45,891 nt of DNA from Eubacteriales bacterium (GCA_045653745.1 JAZOMD010000109.1:1-45891), one strand, 5' to 3'. Counted from the stretch's first letter, positions 34,780 to 44,561 are shown. The notes: generated from the sequence alone by a model not told the origin. Numbers and translations: made by a program.

Positions 34780-36156
34780 ATGAAGTTGACAGAAAAGCTT
34801 AAAGAACTGAAAAACAAGGTGACGGGCGGCAAGAAGGACGGCACGGGAAGACATTACCTTTCTGCAAAGGAAATCCGTGATATTTCAAAGGCAAACGCCA
34901 AGGTTATGATGGCGCTTGAAAAGAAAAAGCACAGAAAAGCCGATGAAAGCGAATTCGTCACCAAAATGAAGGATGACAGAAACATCCTTGAAATAGAAAA
35001 TCTTCACACCTACTTTTTCACCGACCAGGGAGTTGTAAAAGCGGTTAACGGCATTTCTTTTAACATTCCGAAGGGTTCGACCGTCGGAATTGTCGGAGAA
35101 TCGGGCTGCGGAAAGTCGGTTACAAGCATGTCGGTTATGCGTCTGCTCCAGGGTCCGCAGGGACAGATATACGCAGGAAGCATAAGATTCAAGTCCTACG
35201 ACTTCAAGCGCGACAAGGACGGAAATCCCATTCCGATATTCGAGCGCAAGCCTAACGGAAAGGTTCTTTTCAAGACCTTGAAGGATAAGGACGGAAACGA
35301 CGTTCTTGATAAAGAGGGAAATCCCGTCAGGGTTCCCTCGCAAAAGACCAATGAATCCGGCATGCTTATGTACGAGATGGAAGAAAAGGTATTCGATATC
35401 GCCGAGATGCCGATAGACGAAATTCACCGCATACGCGGAAGGCAGATAGCGATGATATTCCAGGAGCCTATGACCTCCCTTAACCCCGTTTTCACTATAG
35501 GAAATCAGCTTGACGAGGTAGTTTTCGTGCATACTGCGGGAGCTACCAAGGAAATGGCTAAGGCTCGCTCCATAGAGATGCTCAAGCTCGTCGGTATCGC
35601 AATGCCGGAGCGCGTTTACAACGCATATCCCCACGAGCTTTCGGGCGGTATGCGCCAGAGAGTTATGATATCCATGGCTCTTGCCTGTGACCCCCGTCTT
35701 ATCATCGCAGACGAGCCCACCACCGCTCTTGACGTTACGATACAGGCGCAGATACTCGACCTTCTCCGTGACCTTAAGAAGAGAATTAACGGCTCTATAA
35801 TGCTTATCACGCACGACCTCGGTATCGTTGCCGAGATGGCCGACTACGTGGTAGTTATGTATGCTGGCAGAGTTATCGAGCAGGGCACCGTTTCGGAGAT
35901 ATTCCATGATCCTAAGCACCCCTACACCATAGGACTCCAGAAGTCGAAGCCGACTATGAAGTCGGACAGCGATACGCTCTTCAACATTCCCGGAAACGTT
36001 CCAAACCCCGTAAATATGCCCACTCACTGCTTCTTCAAAGAAAGATGCTCGCAGTGTGTTGCAAAATGCTCGGGCGACTACCCTTGTATGGTAAAGGTCT
36101 CCCCTACTCATTACGTGGCTTGCCACCTGTACAGCGAGGTAAATGAGAATGACTAA
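34780..36156 (+). CDS. oppD: Oligopeptide ABC transporter ATPase with an N-terminal extension and an internal insertion
   Basis: GESGCGKS; FQEPMTSLNP; YPHELSGGMRQR; IIADEPTTALD; HPYT; C-terminal Cys motif. Confidence 0.94.
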   Translation: MKLTEKLKELKNKVTGGKKDGTGRHYLSAKEIRDISKANAKVMMALEKKKHRKADESEFVTKMKDDRNILEIENLHTYFFTDQGVVKAVNGISFNIPKGSTVGIVGESGCGKSVTSMSVMRLLQGPQGQIYAGSIRFKSYDFKRDKDGNPIPIFERKPNGKVLFKTLKDKDGNDVLDKEGNPVRVPSQKTNESGMLMYEMEEKVFDIAEMPIDEIHRIRGRQIAMIFQEPMTSLNPVFTIGNQLDEVVFVHTAGATKEMAKARSIEMLKLVGIAMPERVYNAYPHELSGGMRQRVMISMALACDPRLIIADEPTTALDVTIQAQILDLLRDLKKRINGSIMLITHDLGIVAEMADYVVVMYAGRVIEQGTVSEIFHDPKHPYTIGLQKSKPTMKSDSDTLFNIPGNVPNPVNMPTHCFFKERCSQCVAKCSGDYPCMVKVSPTHYVACHLYSEVNEND

Positions 36157-37210
36157 CGAAAAGATAAACGCACAGGAGAACTCCTCGGAGCTTCTTACCC
36201 AGGCAAACGCGCAGGATAATTCCTCCGAAATTCTTCTTGAGGTAAAGAATCTGCGCAAGTGCTTCCCTCTCAAAAAATCAATAACCGGAAAGGTTCTTTC
36301 CGAGCTGATTGCAGTTGACAACGTTTCCTTTACACTTAAGCCCGGAGAAACCATCGGTATCGTTGGCGAATCGGGATGCGGAAAGACCACTCTCGGCAGA
36401 ACTATACTGAAGCTTCACGAGCCCTCGGGCGGCAAGATAATCTTTAACGGCGAGGATATTACCGACTATTCCGGCAAGGAAATGCGTCATCTGCGCACCG
36501 ATATGCAGATAATCTTCCAGGACCCGTATTCCTCTCTCCCCCCGAGAGCAACGGTTGGCGATATTCTGTCCGAGCCTGTAAAGGTTCACGGCATAGTTCC
36601 CCCCGACAAGGTTAAGGACTACGTCCTTGATCTTATGGAGAAATGCGGTCTTCGCGATTATTACTACGAGCGTTATCCGCACGAGTTCTCGGGCGGACAG
36701 AGACAGCGTATATGTATTGCAAGAGCGCTCTCGGTAAATCCCAAGCTGGTTATATGCGACGAGCCGGTTTCGGCGCTTGACGTTTCAATTCAGGCTCAAA
36801 TAATAAACCTGCTCAAGAGTCTTCAGAAATCGATGAATCTTACCTACCTCTTCATTTCTCACGATTTGTCCGTAGTTAAGTTCATATCCGACAAAATAGG
36901 CGTTATGTATCTCGGCTCTATGGTCGAATTCGGCTCGAAGGCGGATATATTCTCAAATCCTCTTCACCCCTATACGAAGGCTCTCTTCTCGGCTATTCCC
37001 AATCCCGATCCCGACGAGAAAATGAACAGAATCGTTCTCAAGGGAGATATCCCCTCCCCTGCAAATCCTCCGAGCGGATGCCGCTTCCATACCCGTTGTC
37101 CCTATGCTACCGAAAAGTGCAGTCAGGTGACACCCGAATACAAGGAATACGGTGACGGTCACTTTACGGCTTGCCACCTTGTCGAAGAAAACGGTAGCCA
37201 AGATGAGTGA
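36149..37210 (+). CDS. oppF: Oligopeptide ABC transporter ATPase
   Basis: GESGCGKT; FQDPYSSL; YPHEFSGGQRQR; CDEPVSALD; PSGCRFHTRCP. ATG 36149 is better spaced from the GAGG than 36143. Confidence 0.95.
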   Translation: MTNEKINAQENSSELLTQANAQDNSSEILLEVKNLRKCFPLKKSITGKVLSELIAVDNVSFTLKPGETIGIVGESGCGKTTLGRTILKLHEPSGGKIIFNGEDITDYSGKEMRHLRTDMQIIFQDPYSSLPPRATVGDILSEPVKVHGIVPPDKVKDYVLDLMEKCGLRDYYYERYPHEFSGGQRQRICIARALSVNPKLVICDEPVSALDVSIQAQIINLLKSLQKSMNLTYLFISHDLSVVKFISDKIGVMYLGSMVEFGSKADIFSNPLHPYTKALFSAIPNPDPDEKMNRIVLKGDIPSPANPPSGCRFHTRCPYATEKCSQVTPEYKEYGDGHFTACHLVEENGSQDE

Positions 37211-37442
37211 CAAAAGGAAAAAAAAGAAGAAAACCACCTACGTAGACGACGGCTCGACCATCTTCGATATGTCGGGGGTAGCGGACATGCACCCCCGAGG
37301 TCGCGGAACCGGCACGGCGAAGGAGCGATTTGCCACCTATATGAAGTCGGTTAAGCAAATGCTGATACCTATGCTCGTCACAATGGCGGTTATAACCGTC
37401 GTTTTCGGTATAATGTATCTTTTGCTTTCGCTTGCGGAATAA
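37203..37442 (+). CDS. Small single-TM protein at the end of the opp operon
   Basis: MSDKRKKKKKTTYVDDGSTIFDMSGV...C-terminal TM; overlaps the oppF stop. Confidence 0.7.
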   Translation: MSDKRKKKKKTTYVDDGSTIFDMSGVADMHPRGRGTGTAKERFATYMKSVKQMLIPMLVTMAVITVVFGIMYLLLSLAE

Positions 37443-37461
37443 ACGCTACATTATATAAAAA

Positions 37462-37500
37462 CAAAAATGGCAGAGGCGCAATACAACGTGCCTCTGCCAA
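37462..37500. terminator. Terminator hairpin between the opp operon and copA
   Basis: TGGCAGAGGCGC-loop-GTGCCTCTGCCA with an A-run on the left; a second hairpin GAGGAAA...TTTCCTC+GTTTTT follows at about 37514-37552. Confidence 0.75.
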
Positions 37501-37559
37501 AATTATGAGTGTAGAGGAAATCAAGGTACAAACCTGCGGTTTCCTCGTTTTTCTTTTAA

Positions 37560-40037
37560 TCAGGACTTGAAATCGTAGCCCTCGTCCTCAACCGTTTTTC
37601 TGAGCACCTCGGCGGAAACGTCGGAAGAAAGAGTGAGAACAACCACACCTTCCTTGTGGCTTGCCTTCGCTTCCACAACGCCTTCGAGCGCTTCGAGCGC
37701 CTTTTTAACGTGCATCTCACAGTGCGCGCACATCATACCCTCGACCTTGATAGTCTTTTCCATATTTCTTTTCTTCCCTTCTTGCTTTGATGGATTTTTG
37801 ATTTTTACGAAATTGAGACGCAAAGCATTCAGAACAACGCAAAGGCTCGACAGGCTCATCGCCGCAGCTCCGAACATAGGCGTCAGCTTCAACCCCAACA
37901 GTGGGATAAACGCGCCAAAGGCAAGAGGAATTCCGACGGCGTTGTAGAAAAACGCCCAGAACAAATTCTCGCGGATATCGAGGAGCATTTTGCGGCTGAG
38001 GCGGATAGCAGCCGGAACGTCGGAGAGGCTGCTCTTCATAAGAACGACGTCTGCCGACTCAATGGCAATATCCGTTCCTGCACCTATGGCTATTCCTATA
38101 TCTGCGCGCGTTAAGGCAGGTGCGTCGTTTATTCCGTCGCCCACCATAATCACCTTGCCACTCTTTTGCAAATCTCTTATCGCGCGCTGCTTTCCGTCGG
38201 GCAGGACTCCCGAGATTATCTCGTCGACCCCTACCGCTTCTCCGATAACCTTCGCGGTTTGTTCGTTGTCGCCAGTGAGCATAACCGTTCTTATACCCAT
38301 CTCGCGAAGCTCTGCGATCGCCTCTTTGCTGTCAGGCTTCACGGTATCGGATACGGCAATTATTCCGAGGAATTTGCCGTCAAATGTAAAGTATAGTGGC
38401 GTTTTTCCTGCATTTGCGAGGTTTTTTGCAACATTTATCAAATCCTCGGGAAGGATTGTCCGTTCCGAAACAAAGTGCAAATTACCGCCTGCAAGCGCCT
38501 TTCCAGAGAGCCTTCCGACAACTCCTTTTCCGGGGATAACCTCAAAGTCATCAAGCGAGGTTGTGAGAACATTTCTCTTTTCTGCTTCAAGGCAAATTGC
38601 CTCTGCGAGCGGATGCTCGCTGTTTTTTTCAAGCGAGGCTGCGATGTGCAGAAGCTCGTTTTGCGTAGTGCCGTCCGAAGGAATAATATCCGTAACCGAC
38701 GGGTGCCCGGCGGTGATAGTTCCCGTTTTGTCAAGGGCAACAATACCTGCTCTGCCCGTTTCCTCAAAGGCTGCGGCGTTTTTGAAAAGAATTCCGTTTT
38801 TCGCTCCCACACCCGTGCCGACCATAATCGCAACCGGTGTTGCAAGTCCGAGCGCGCAGGGGCAGCTTATAACGAGCACAGAAATTCCGCGCGCGAGAGC
38901 GAAGCCGAGGCTCTCACCTGCGACAAGCCACACCACCGTAGCAATAGCCGCAATAGCTATCACCACAGGAACGAAAACGCCCGAAACCTTGTCGGCAATT
39001 TTTGCAACGGGCGCTTTTGTCGCCGAAGCATCGCTGACCGCTTTTATTATCTGAGAAATGGTGGTATCCTCGCCGACTCGGGTTGCTTCGCAGTATATAA
39101 CGCCCGATTTGTTGAGCGTGCCCGAGTAAACGCTGTCCCCCTCTGCTTTATCAACCGGCAGGCTCTCGCCCGTGAGCGCCGACTCGTCGAGCGCACTGTG
39201 ACCGTCCTTAACCACGCCGTCAACGGGGATATTCTCGCCGGGACGAACTAGAAAAATATCGCCGCGTCGAACGTCCTCGATCGGAATAACGACCTCTTTT
39301 CCAGCGCGAACAACCGTGGCGGTTTGCGGTGAGAGCTTCATAAGCGCCTCGAGCGCGTCGGTAGTCCTTCCCTTCGCGTACGCTTCAAGCATTTTGCCGA
39401 CGGTGATAAGAGCGAGTATCATTGCGGCAGATTCAAAAAACAGCTCGTGGAGCAGGTGCTCTGCCGCGTCCATATTGCCGAGCAGCATCTCGTTTGCCAT
39501 CGAAAAAACGGCAAAGACGCTGTATCCAAACGACGCTCCCGAGCCGAGCGCGACGAGGGTATCCATATTTGGCGCTCGGTGTATAACGCCATTTATACCG
39601 CTAATAAAGAATTTCTGATTTATAACCATCACGACAGCGGAAAGAAGCATCTCCGAAAGCGCGATTATAAGCGGATTTCTACTCATTATCTCGGGCAGCG
39701 GCCAGCCCCACATCACGTGGCCCATCGAAATATACATAAGCGCCGCAAGGAACACCGCCGACCAGACGAGGCGTGCCGTGAGCGCTTTTTCCGCCTTCTG
39801 CGCACCGCTTGCCAGTTTTGCCGACATCGTTTCCCCAGTATCCGCAGGCGCGGCACCGTAGCCTGCCGCTTCCACCGCCGCAATTATCGCTTCCGCGGTG
39901 GCACTCCCCTCAACCGTCATCGAATTCGTGAGCAGATTAACCGAGCAGGAATCGACCTCGGCAACAGCCGAAACCGCCTTTTCAACTCTCGCCGAGCAGG
40001 CAGCGCAGGACATTCCCGTAATATTAAACCTTGCCAA
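37560..40037 (-). CDS. copA: Cu(I)-translocating P1B-type ATPase with N- and C-terminal HMA domains
   Basis: GMSCAAC; NMDTLV; TGESLP; CPCALGLATP; DKTGT; EHP; GDGINDAP; YN/MxxSS; C-terminal GMMCAHC. TTG 40037 fits the AGGAG spacing (alternative GTG 40046). Confidence 0.96.
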   Translation of the reverse strand: MARFNITGMSCAACSARVEKAVSAVAEVDSCSVNLLTNSMTVEGSATAEAIIAAVEAAGYGAAPADTGETMSAKLASGAQKAEKALTARLVWSAVFLAALMYISMGHVMWGWPLPEIMSRNPLIIALSEMLLSAVVMVINQKFFISGINGVIHRAPNMDTLVALGSGASFGYSVFAVFSMANEMLLGNMDAAEHLLHELFFESAAMILALITVGKMLEAYAKGRTTDALEALMKLSPQTATVVRAGKEVVIPIEDVRRGDIFLVRPGENIPVDGVVKDGHSALDESALTGESLPVDKAEGDSVYSGTLNKSGVIYCEATRVGEDTTISQIIKAVSDASATKAPVAKIADKVSGVFVPVVIAIAAIATVVWLVAGESLGFALARGISVLVISCPCALGLATPVAIMVGTGVGAKNGILFKNAAAFEETGRAGIVALDKTGTITAGHPSVTDIIPSDGTTQNELLHIAASLEKNSEHPLAEAICLEAEKRNVLTTSLDDFEVIPGKGVVGRLSGKALAGGNLHFVSERTILPEDLINVAKNLANAGKTPLYFTFDGKFLGIIAVSDTVKPDSKEAIAELREMGIRTVMLTGDNEQTAKVIGEAVGVDEIISGVLPDGKQRAIRDLQKSGKVIMVGDGINDAPALTRADIGIAIGAGTDIAIESADVVLMKSSLSDVPAAIRLSRKMLLDIRENLFWAFFYNAVGIPLAFGAFIPLLGLKLTPMFGAAAMSLSSLCVVLNALRLNFVKIKNPSKQEGKKRNMEKTIKVEGMMCAHCEMHVKKALEALEGVVEAKASHKEGVVVLTLSSDVSAEVLRKTVEDEGYDFKS

Positions 40038-40049
40038 TTTTCCCACTCC

Positions 40050-40352
40050 TTATTTCATAAGCTTCTGCAAAAGCAGAACGAGCTCATCGACCGTTTCGCC
40101 CTTGCCGTCTCTGATATCCTCTGCAACGCAGGTGCGAATGTGGTTAGAAAGCAGCTCACGGCTGAAGGCGTTAAGCGCCGCCCCAACCGCACTCACCTGC
40201 ACCAATATATCGGTACAATAGGCATCTGTATCGAGCATCTTCTTAACTCCGCGCACCTGCCCCTCTATTCTGTTCAAGCGATTTATGAGGGATTTGTATT
40301 CTTCCTTGGTCCTCTGCTTGGTCCTTTGACAACAGCATTTCTCGTTTTCCAT
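40050..40352 (-). CDS. csoR: Copper-sensing repressor, CsoR family
   Basis: RLNRIEGQVRGV..YCTDIL.QVSAV..HIRTCV (C-H-C ligands); directly upstream of copA. Confidence 0.95.
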   Translation of the reverse strand: MENEKCCCQRTKQRTKEEYKSLINRLNRIEGQVRGVKKMLDTDAYCTDILVQVSAVGAALNAFSRELLSNHIRTCVAEDIRDGKGETVDELVLLLQKLMK

Positions 40353-40406
40353 ATTACCTCCTACGCCAATAGAGAACTATCAAAACTTATTTTAAAAGAT
40401 ACTTAT

Positions 40407-40435
40407 ATTATATACCCCCACAGGGTATTTGTCAA
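40407..40435 (-). promoter_or_regulatory. csoR-copA promoter with CsoR operator
   Basis: TTGACA-17 bp-TATAAT; spacer holds ATACCC-CCACA-GGGTAT (40412-40428), the Firmicute CsoR operator pattern. Confidence 0.9.
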
Positions 40436-40530
40436 TCACCCTTTTTGCAATTTCCTCAAAAAACCATAATTTGCGGTAACGGCAAAGTGGCACGGCAGTA
40501 CATAGCACGGTGGAAGAGTTTCTCTTAAAC

Positions 40531-40566
40531 AAAAAGGAATGAGCCCGGTTCGACGCCGAGCTCATT
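40531..40566 (-). terminator. Probable terminator of the polysaccharide cluster
   Basis: Minus strand AATGAGCTCGG-loop-CCGGGCTCATT followed by CCTTTTT. Confidence 0.6.
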
Positions 40567-40658
40567 GGCAAACAATTTAATGATTATTTTTCTAAACGTT
40601 TGAGACTGCTTCAAAAACCACAAAGCAGAGATCCCTTTTCTTGGTCGGACTCGTCTTT

Positions 40659-41930
40659 TTATTCCCCGATCGCTTTCATAAGTATGGTCAAATAAGTTTC
40701 ACCAAATTCACCATTCAACTCCATTTGAAGCAGTTCTTCATTCCAATCATTATCATTTAACACAACAAGGCTACTATTTTTCTGTGCTTTTATCATCGCT
40801 TTTCGAATACTTCTTATCCTAAAAATAAGGGAAGCGACTTGCACCCTATTTAAGTAAGGCATTAATCTTTTTTTGAGCACATCGAAACTAATGTTTTTGA
40901 TTCTTTCAAAGACACCTTGGCTAATGATTGGGTATGATATTCCACATTTGTCATTTACGCGCGGAGAGCATCCCCCTATGTTCGGTTTAATATATGGTAA
41001 TGGCGAAAATGCATATGGATTATCGTTATCAAATGCATTAATGCGACAAGTTTCATCATCACAGTATACATTATAATTGTCCGGGCCGTGATCTGTCTGA
41101 AGGCATATTTGGTCGATCAAATACAAATCATGCAACTCTTTTTGCAACAAGGAATTTGCCGACATTTTCAAATCACGTGCTCGGCATCCCGGTGCTTTAG
41201 GTGTTAAAACACCAAATAACCGTACGTTATCATCCAACAATAAATACATGGGTTTTGCATCTACTATTATGTGCGACAATCCCAGCTCTTCGGCTACGAT
41301 TTTAGAAGAAATCGTCTTCCCTGCACTAAAAAACGAGTATCCGTCATATGTACTTATTTTTTGGGTTCTAAATAGTAGACAAAATGACCGCATATGCCAC
41401 AAAAACAAAACAGCTATATCAAAAAACGCTGCTGCCACGTCGTCTAATCCATATTTGCCAAAAAAAACTTTATGATATGATTGTGTCAGCCATATGTTAA
41501 AACCTATCTTATCAGAAATTTTATCCGCCTTAACAATCTTTCTGCAAAACAGTCTTTCCTTCTTTTTGGTAAGAATATATTCTTTAAACCCAGTTATTTC
41601 TTCTTCTGAAAAGGATATTTTTATCGGGATTCTTTCCTTAAAGACCTCTTTATCAACCCTTTGCAACTCTAGAAAATCGAAAAAACGAATTATCGCATTC
41701 TCAAAGAACTCGCGTTTTTTGTATATTTTATGGCATTCTCTGAAAAAGAACAACTCACCGTCTACTTTGAATGAAATAATTGGATTCGTTGATAATGAAA
41801 AAACCGACAAGGAGTTTTTGGAAACATTGATCTTACCAATACTATTCCCCACAAGTTTTACTCTCTTTTTACTAAATAAAAACAGAATATCCTTTATCAT
41901 TGTTTTCAATTTCGCGCTTATCCACTTCAT
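40659..41930 (-). CDS. Hypothetical protein with a PI3/4-kinase/HipA-like catalytic motif
   Basis: IDQICLQTDHGPDNYNV...INAFDND resembles D-x-H-x-x-N...[IF]-D-[NH]; AT-rich; last gene of the cluster. Confidence 0.65.
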   Translation of the reverse strand: MKWISAKLKTMIKDILFLFSKKRVKLVGNSIGKINVSKNSLSVFSLSTNPIISFKVDGELFFFRECHKIYKKREFFENAIIRFFDFLELQRVDKEVFKERIPIKISFSEEEITGFKEYILTKKKERLFCRKIVKADKISDKIGFNIWLTQSYHKVFFGKYGLDDVAAAFFDIAVLFLWHMRSFCLLFRTQKISTYDGYSFFSAGKTISSKIVAEELGLSHIIVDAKPMYLLLDDNVRLFGVLTPKAPGCRARDLKMSANSLLQKELHDLYLIDQICLQTDHGPDNYNVYCDDETCRINAFDNDNPYAFSPLPYIKPNIGGCSPRVNDKCGISYPIISQGVFERIKNISFDVLKKRLMPYLNRVQVASLIFRIRSIRKAMIKAQKNSSLVVLNDNDWNEELLQMELNGEFGETYLTILMKAIGE

Positions 41931-41937
41931 ATCTTAT

Positions 41938-43260
41938 TTACAATCTCCAGTATCGGTATCCCATCTTTTCAACATCGCACTTGTTCAAAATGCTCTTCAC
42001 ATCAATCAGCACTTTCTCTTCGTTAGGAATCTCTGCATACAGTTCGTCGATGTTCTCTAATGTAAGCGCTTTGAATTCATCATGTGCTACAGCAAGAATC
42101 AGACAGTCCACATCTTTTAAATCCGACAACGAGCTCAATGTAACACCATACTCCTTCACAGCATCATACTCACTTGCCCGCGGATCTACGACAATCGGAT
42201 TGATTCCGTATTCATTTAATCGCGAAATGATATCCGCCACCTTACTATTACGCGTATCGGGACAATTCTCTTTAAAGGTCAACCCTAGAATGGCTACTTT
42301 AGCGTCTGCAACTTTTTTTCCAGCCAATACAAGCTGTTTAATTGTCGCATCGGCCACAAAAGCACCCATCCCATCATTTACTTTTCTTCCGGCAAGAATT
42401 ATCTGGCTATGATAACCCAATTTTTCTGCTTCATATGTAAAATAGTAAGGGTCAACGCCAATACAATGACCTCCAACAAGTCCAGGTCTAAAGCCGAGCG
42501 CATTCCACTTCGTATTCATTCCCGCAATTACTTCTGCGGTATCAACTCCCATGCGGTCAAACACCATTGCCAGCTCATTCATAAAAGCAATGTTTATATC
42601 GCGCTGACTGTTCTCTACAACCTTTATAGCCTCGGCGGTCTTTATTGTAGATACAGGGAACGTTCCTACTTTAACGACTAAGTCGTATACGTTTTTGATT
42701 TCTTCAAGACTTTCTTCGTCCATGCCAGACACAATCTTTGTAATGTTCTCCAGTCTATGAACCTTATCTCCTGGATTAATTCTCTCCGGAGAGTATCCCA
42801 CCTTGAAATCTACTCCGCATTTAAGACCGGATTCTTTTTCAAGTATTGGAACACATACATCTTCTGTTACACCGGGGTATACGGTCGATTCAAAGACAAC
42901 AATACTTCCTTTTACCAAATTGCGCCCCACGATTTGGCTTGCACTGACAACAGGAGTGAGATCAGGGGTATGATCTTGATTAACAGGCGTAGGAACAGCG
43001 ACAATATGGAACTTCGCTTTTCTCAGTTCGCTTTCATCGCTTGTAAACTGTACAGTTGTGTTTTTTATGGCCGCATCTCCAACTTCATTTGTGGGATCAA
43101 TGCCAGACTTATACAGCTCAATTTTCGCTTTGTTCAAATCAAATCCAATTACATTTATTCCTTCGTTAGCAAATGCCACAGCGATAGGCATTCCAACATA
43201 ACCGAGACCGACCAAGGACACAGCCTCTCTTTTATTTAGTATGTCTAAATATAAACCCAT
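41938..43260 (-). CDS. UDP-N-acetylhexosamine 6-dehydrogenase (WbpO/TviB/CapL group)
   Basis: GLGYVG; ESTVYPG; YSPERINPGD; ENSQRDINIAFMNE; PGLVGGHCIGVDPYY; GLTFKENCPDTRNS. Confidence 0.93.
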   Translation of the reverse strand: MGLYLDILNKREAVSLVGLGYVGMPIAVAFANEGINVIGFDLNKAKIELYKSGIDPTNEVGDAAIKNTTVQFTSDESELRKAKFHIVAVPTPVNQDHTPDLTPVVSASQIVGRNLVKGSIVVFESTVYPGVTEDVCVPILEKESGLKCGVDFKVGYSPERINPGDKVHRLENITKIVSGMDEESLEEIKNVYDLVVKVGTFPVSTIKTAEAIKVVENSQRDINIAFMNELAMVFDRMGVDTAEVIAGMNTKWNALGFRPGLVGGHCIGVDPYYFTYEAEKLGYHSQIILAGRKVNDGMGAFVADATIKQLVLAGKKVADAKVAILGLTFKENCPDTRNSKVADIISRLNEYGINPIVVDPRASEYDAVKEYGVTLSSLSDLKDVDCLILAVAHDEFKALTLENIDELYAEIPNEEKVLIDVKSILNKCDVEKMGYRYWRL

Positions 43261-43283
43261 AATCTTTCCCCGCTTTTATATAT

Positions 43284-44561
43284 CTACTTCAATCCTTTGA
43301 GCAAAATGGCCTGACCAATTAATTTTACATTGCCTCTCATTTCCTTAAAGAATAGCGGCAATAAAATGCTCGTAGCAATCTGTGTTGCCAATGATGCAAA
43401 AGCTGCACCGGTAGCTCCCATCACGGGAATTAAAACAAAATTCAACCCAACGTTTCCGATTGCTGCCCCAACATACATATACTTTAAGTATTTCTGCCGA
43501 TTTTCACACACAATCCAAGCGTTTCTTGCCACTCCTAAATACGAAAACGCAGTATACCATGTTATAACGCGCAACGGTAATGCTGCTTGCAAATAAGCTT
43601 CGCCGTATAGTATTTTTATTATCGTAGTGCCGAAGAACGTAAACAATAGCGACACAAACGCAGAAATATAAAATACAAGTGCATATAGTTGCTTGTTCTT
43701 TTTTTCGAATTCTATGCCGCTGGTCTTGTGTAAACGCAGAATTGTTGGATACATTGCATCAATAATCGCCGATAAAACAAACACCCACATTCCACAAATG
43801 GCCGTTGCAGTTGAATAATAACCAACATCCGCATCCGTCATCATTTGCTTCAGCATCAATTTGTCTGTGTGTCCGTATACGGCAACCATCATACCCGAGA
43901 GAATGTAATGATAACTTTTCCCGAGTAGTTGCTTTGCTTTTTTTATGGAGAACGACAAACGCGGTCCTTTCAAGTTCCGATAAGCCATCCACAAAACAAA
44001 CGCTAAAATTATGTGGTCAACGGATGTTGCAAATGCAAACCACTGCACATCTTTCTGCAAAACCAGCAAAACGATTTTATATACGGCGGTAGTAAAATAC
44101 GCTATAAATATGGAAATCGCAGTTATTTTTGACTTGTAAATATATTGGAACCAGGAATTAAACGTATCAAAAATATTAAAGATCAAAGATAAACTGCTTA
44201 AAGAAACCACAACGATTGTTAAACGCTCATCTCCATCGATTATTCCAACAAAAGATATTATTGTTATGGTTGATAAAACACTGGAAATCAACCGTAACAA
44301 AATCGCCGTTCCTATTGCTTTGCCGCATTCGTTTGGATTATCTACAAAATCTTTAATAATGACAGAGTTTATTCCTAATGTACATAAAGAAGTAAAAAAC
44401 GCAACGTATGCTGCGGCATAATTTATCAATCCGTAGTTAGACGGGCCTAAATATCGAGCCGATAATACACCCACCACTAGGCCTAATATCATTTGACATA
44501 TCTTGCCGCATATCAGCCACAGTGCATTTTGGCTTTCTCTTGTCTTTAAAATACTGATCAT
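43284..44561 (-). CDS. wzx: Polysaccharide flippase
   Basis: About 12 TM; ARYLGPSNYG; DKLML...VGYYS; LNFVLIP..GATGAA.A. Confidence 0.9.
   Translation of the reverse strand: MISILKTRESQNALWLICGKICQMILGLVVGVLSARYLGPSNYGLINYAAAYVAFFTSLCTLGINSVIIKDFVDNPNECGKAIGTAILLRLISSVLSTITIISFVGIIDGDERLTIVVVSLSSLSLIFNIFDTFNSWFQYIYKSKITAISIFIAYFTTAVYKIVLLVLQKDVQWFAFATSVDHIILAFVLWMAYRNLKGPRLSFSIKKAKQLLGKSYHYILSGMMVAVYGHTDKLMLKQMMTDADVGYYSTATAICGMWVFVLSAIIDAMYPTILRLHKTSGIEFEKKNKQLYALVFYISAFVSLLFTFFGTTIIKILYGEAYLQAALPLRVITWYTAFSYLGVARNAWIVCENRQKYLKYMYVGAAIGNVGLNFVLIPVMGATGAAFASLATQIATSILLPLFFKEMRGNVKLIGQAILLKGLK

Noticed and set aside
40541-40563. tRNA T-arm-like GGTTCGA hairpin at the GC boundary (possible att remnant)
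   Set aside because: No D-arm, anticodon arm or acceptor stem with CCA; better explained as a minus-strand terminator.
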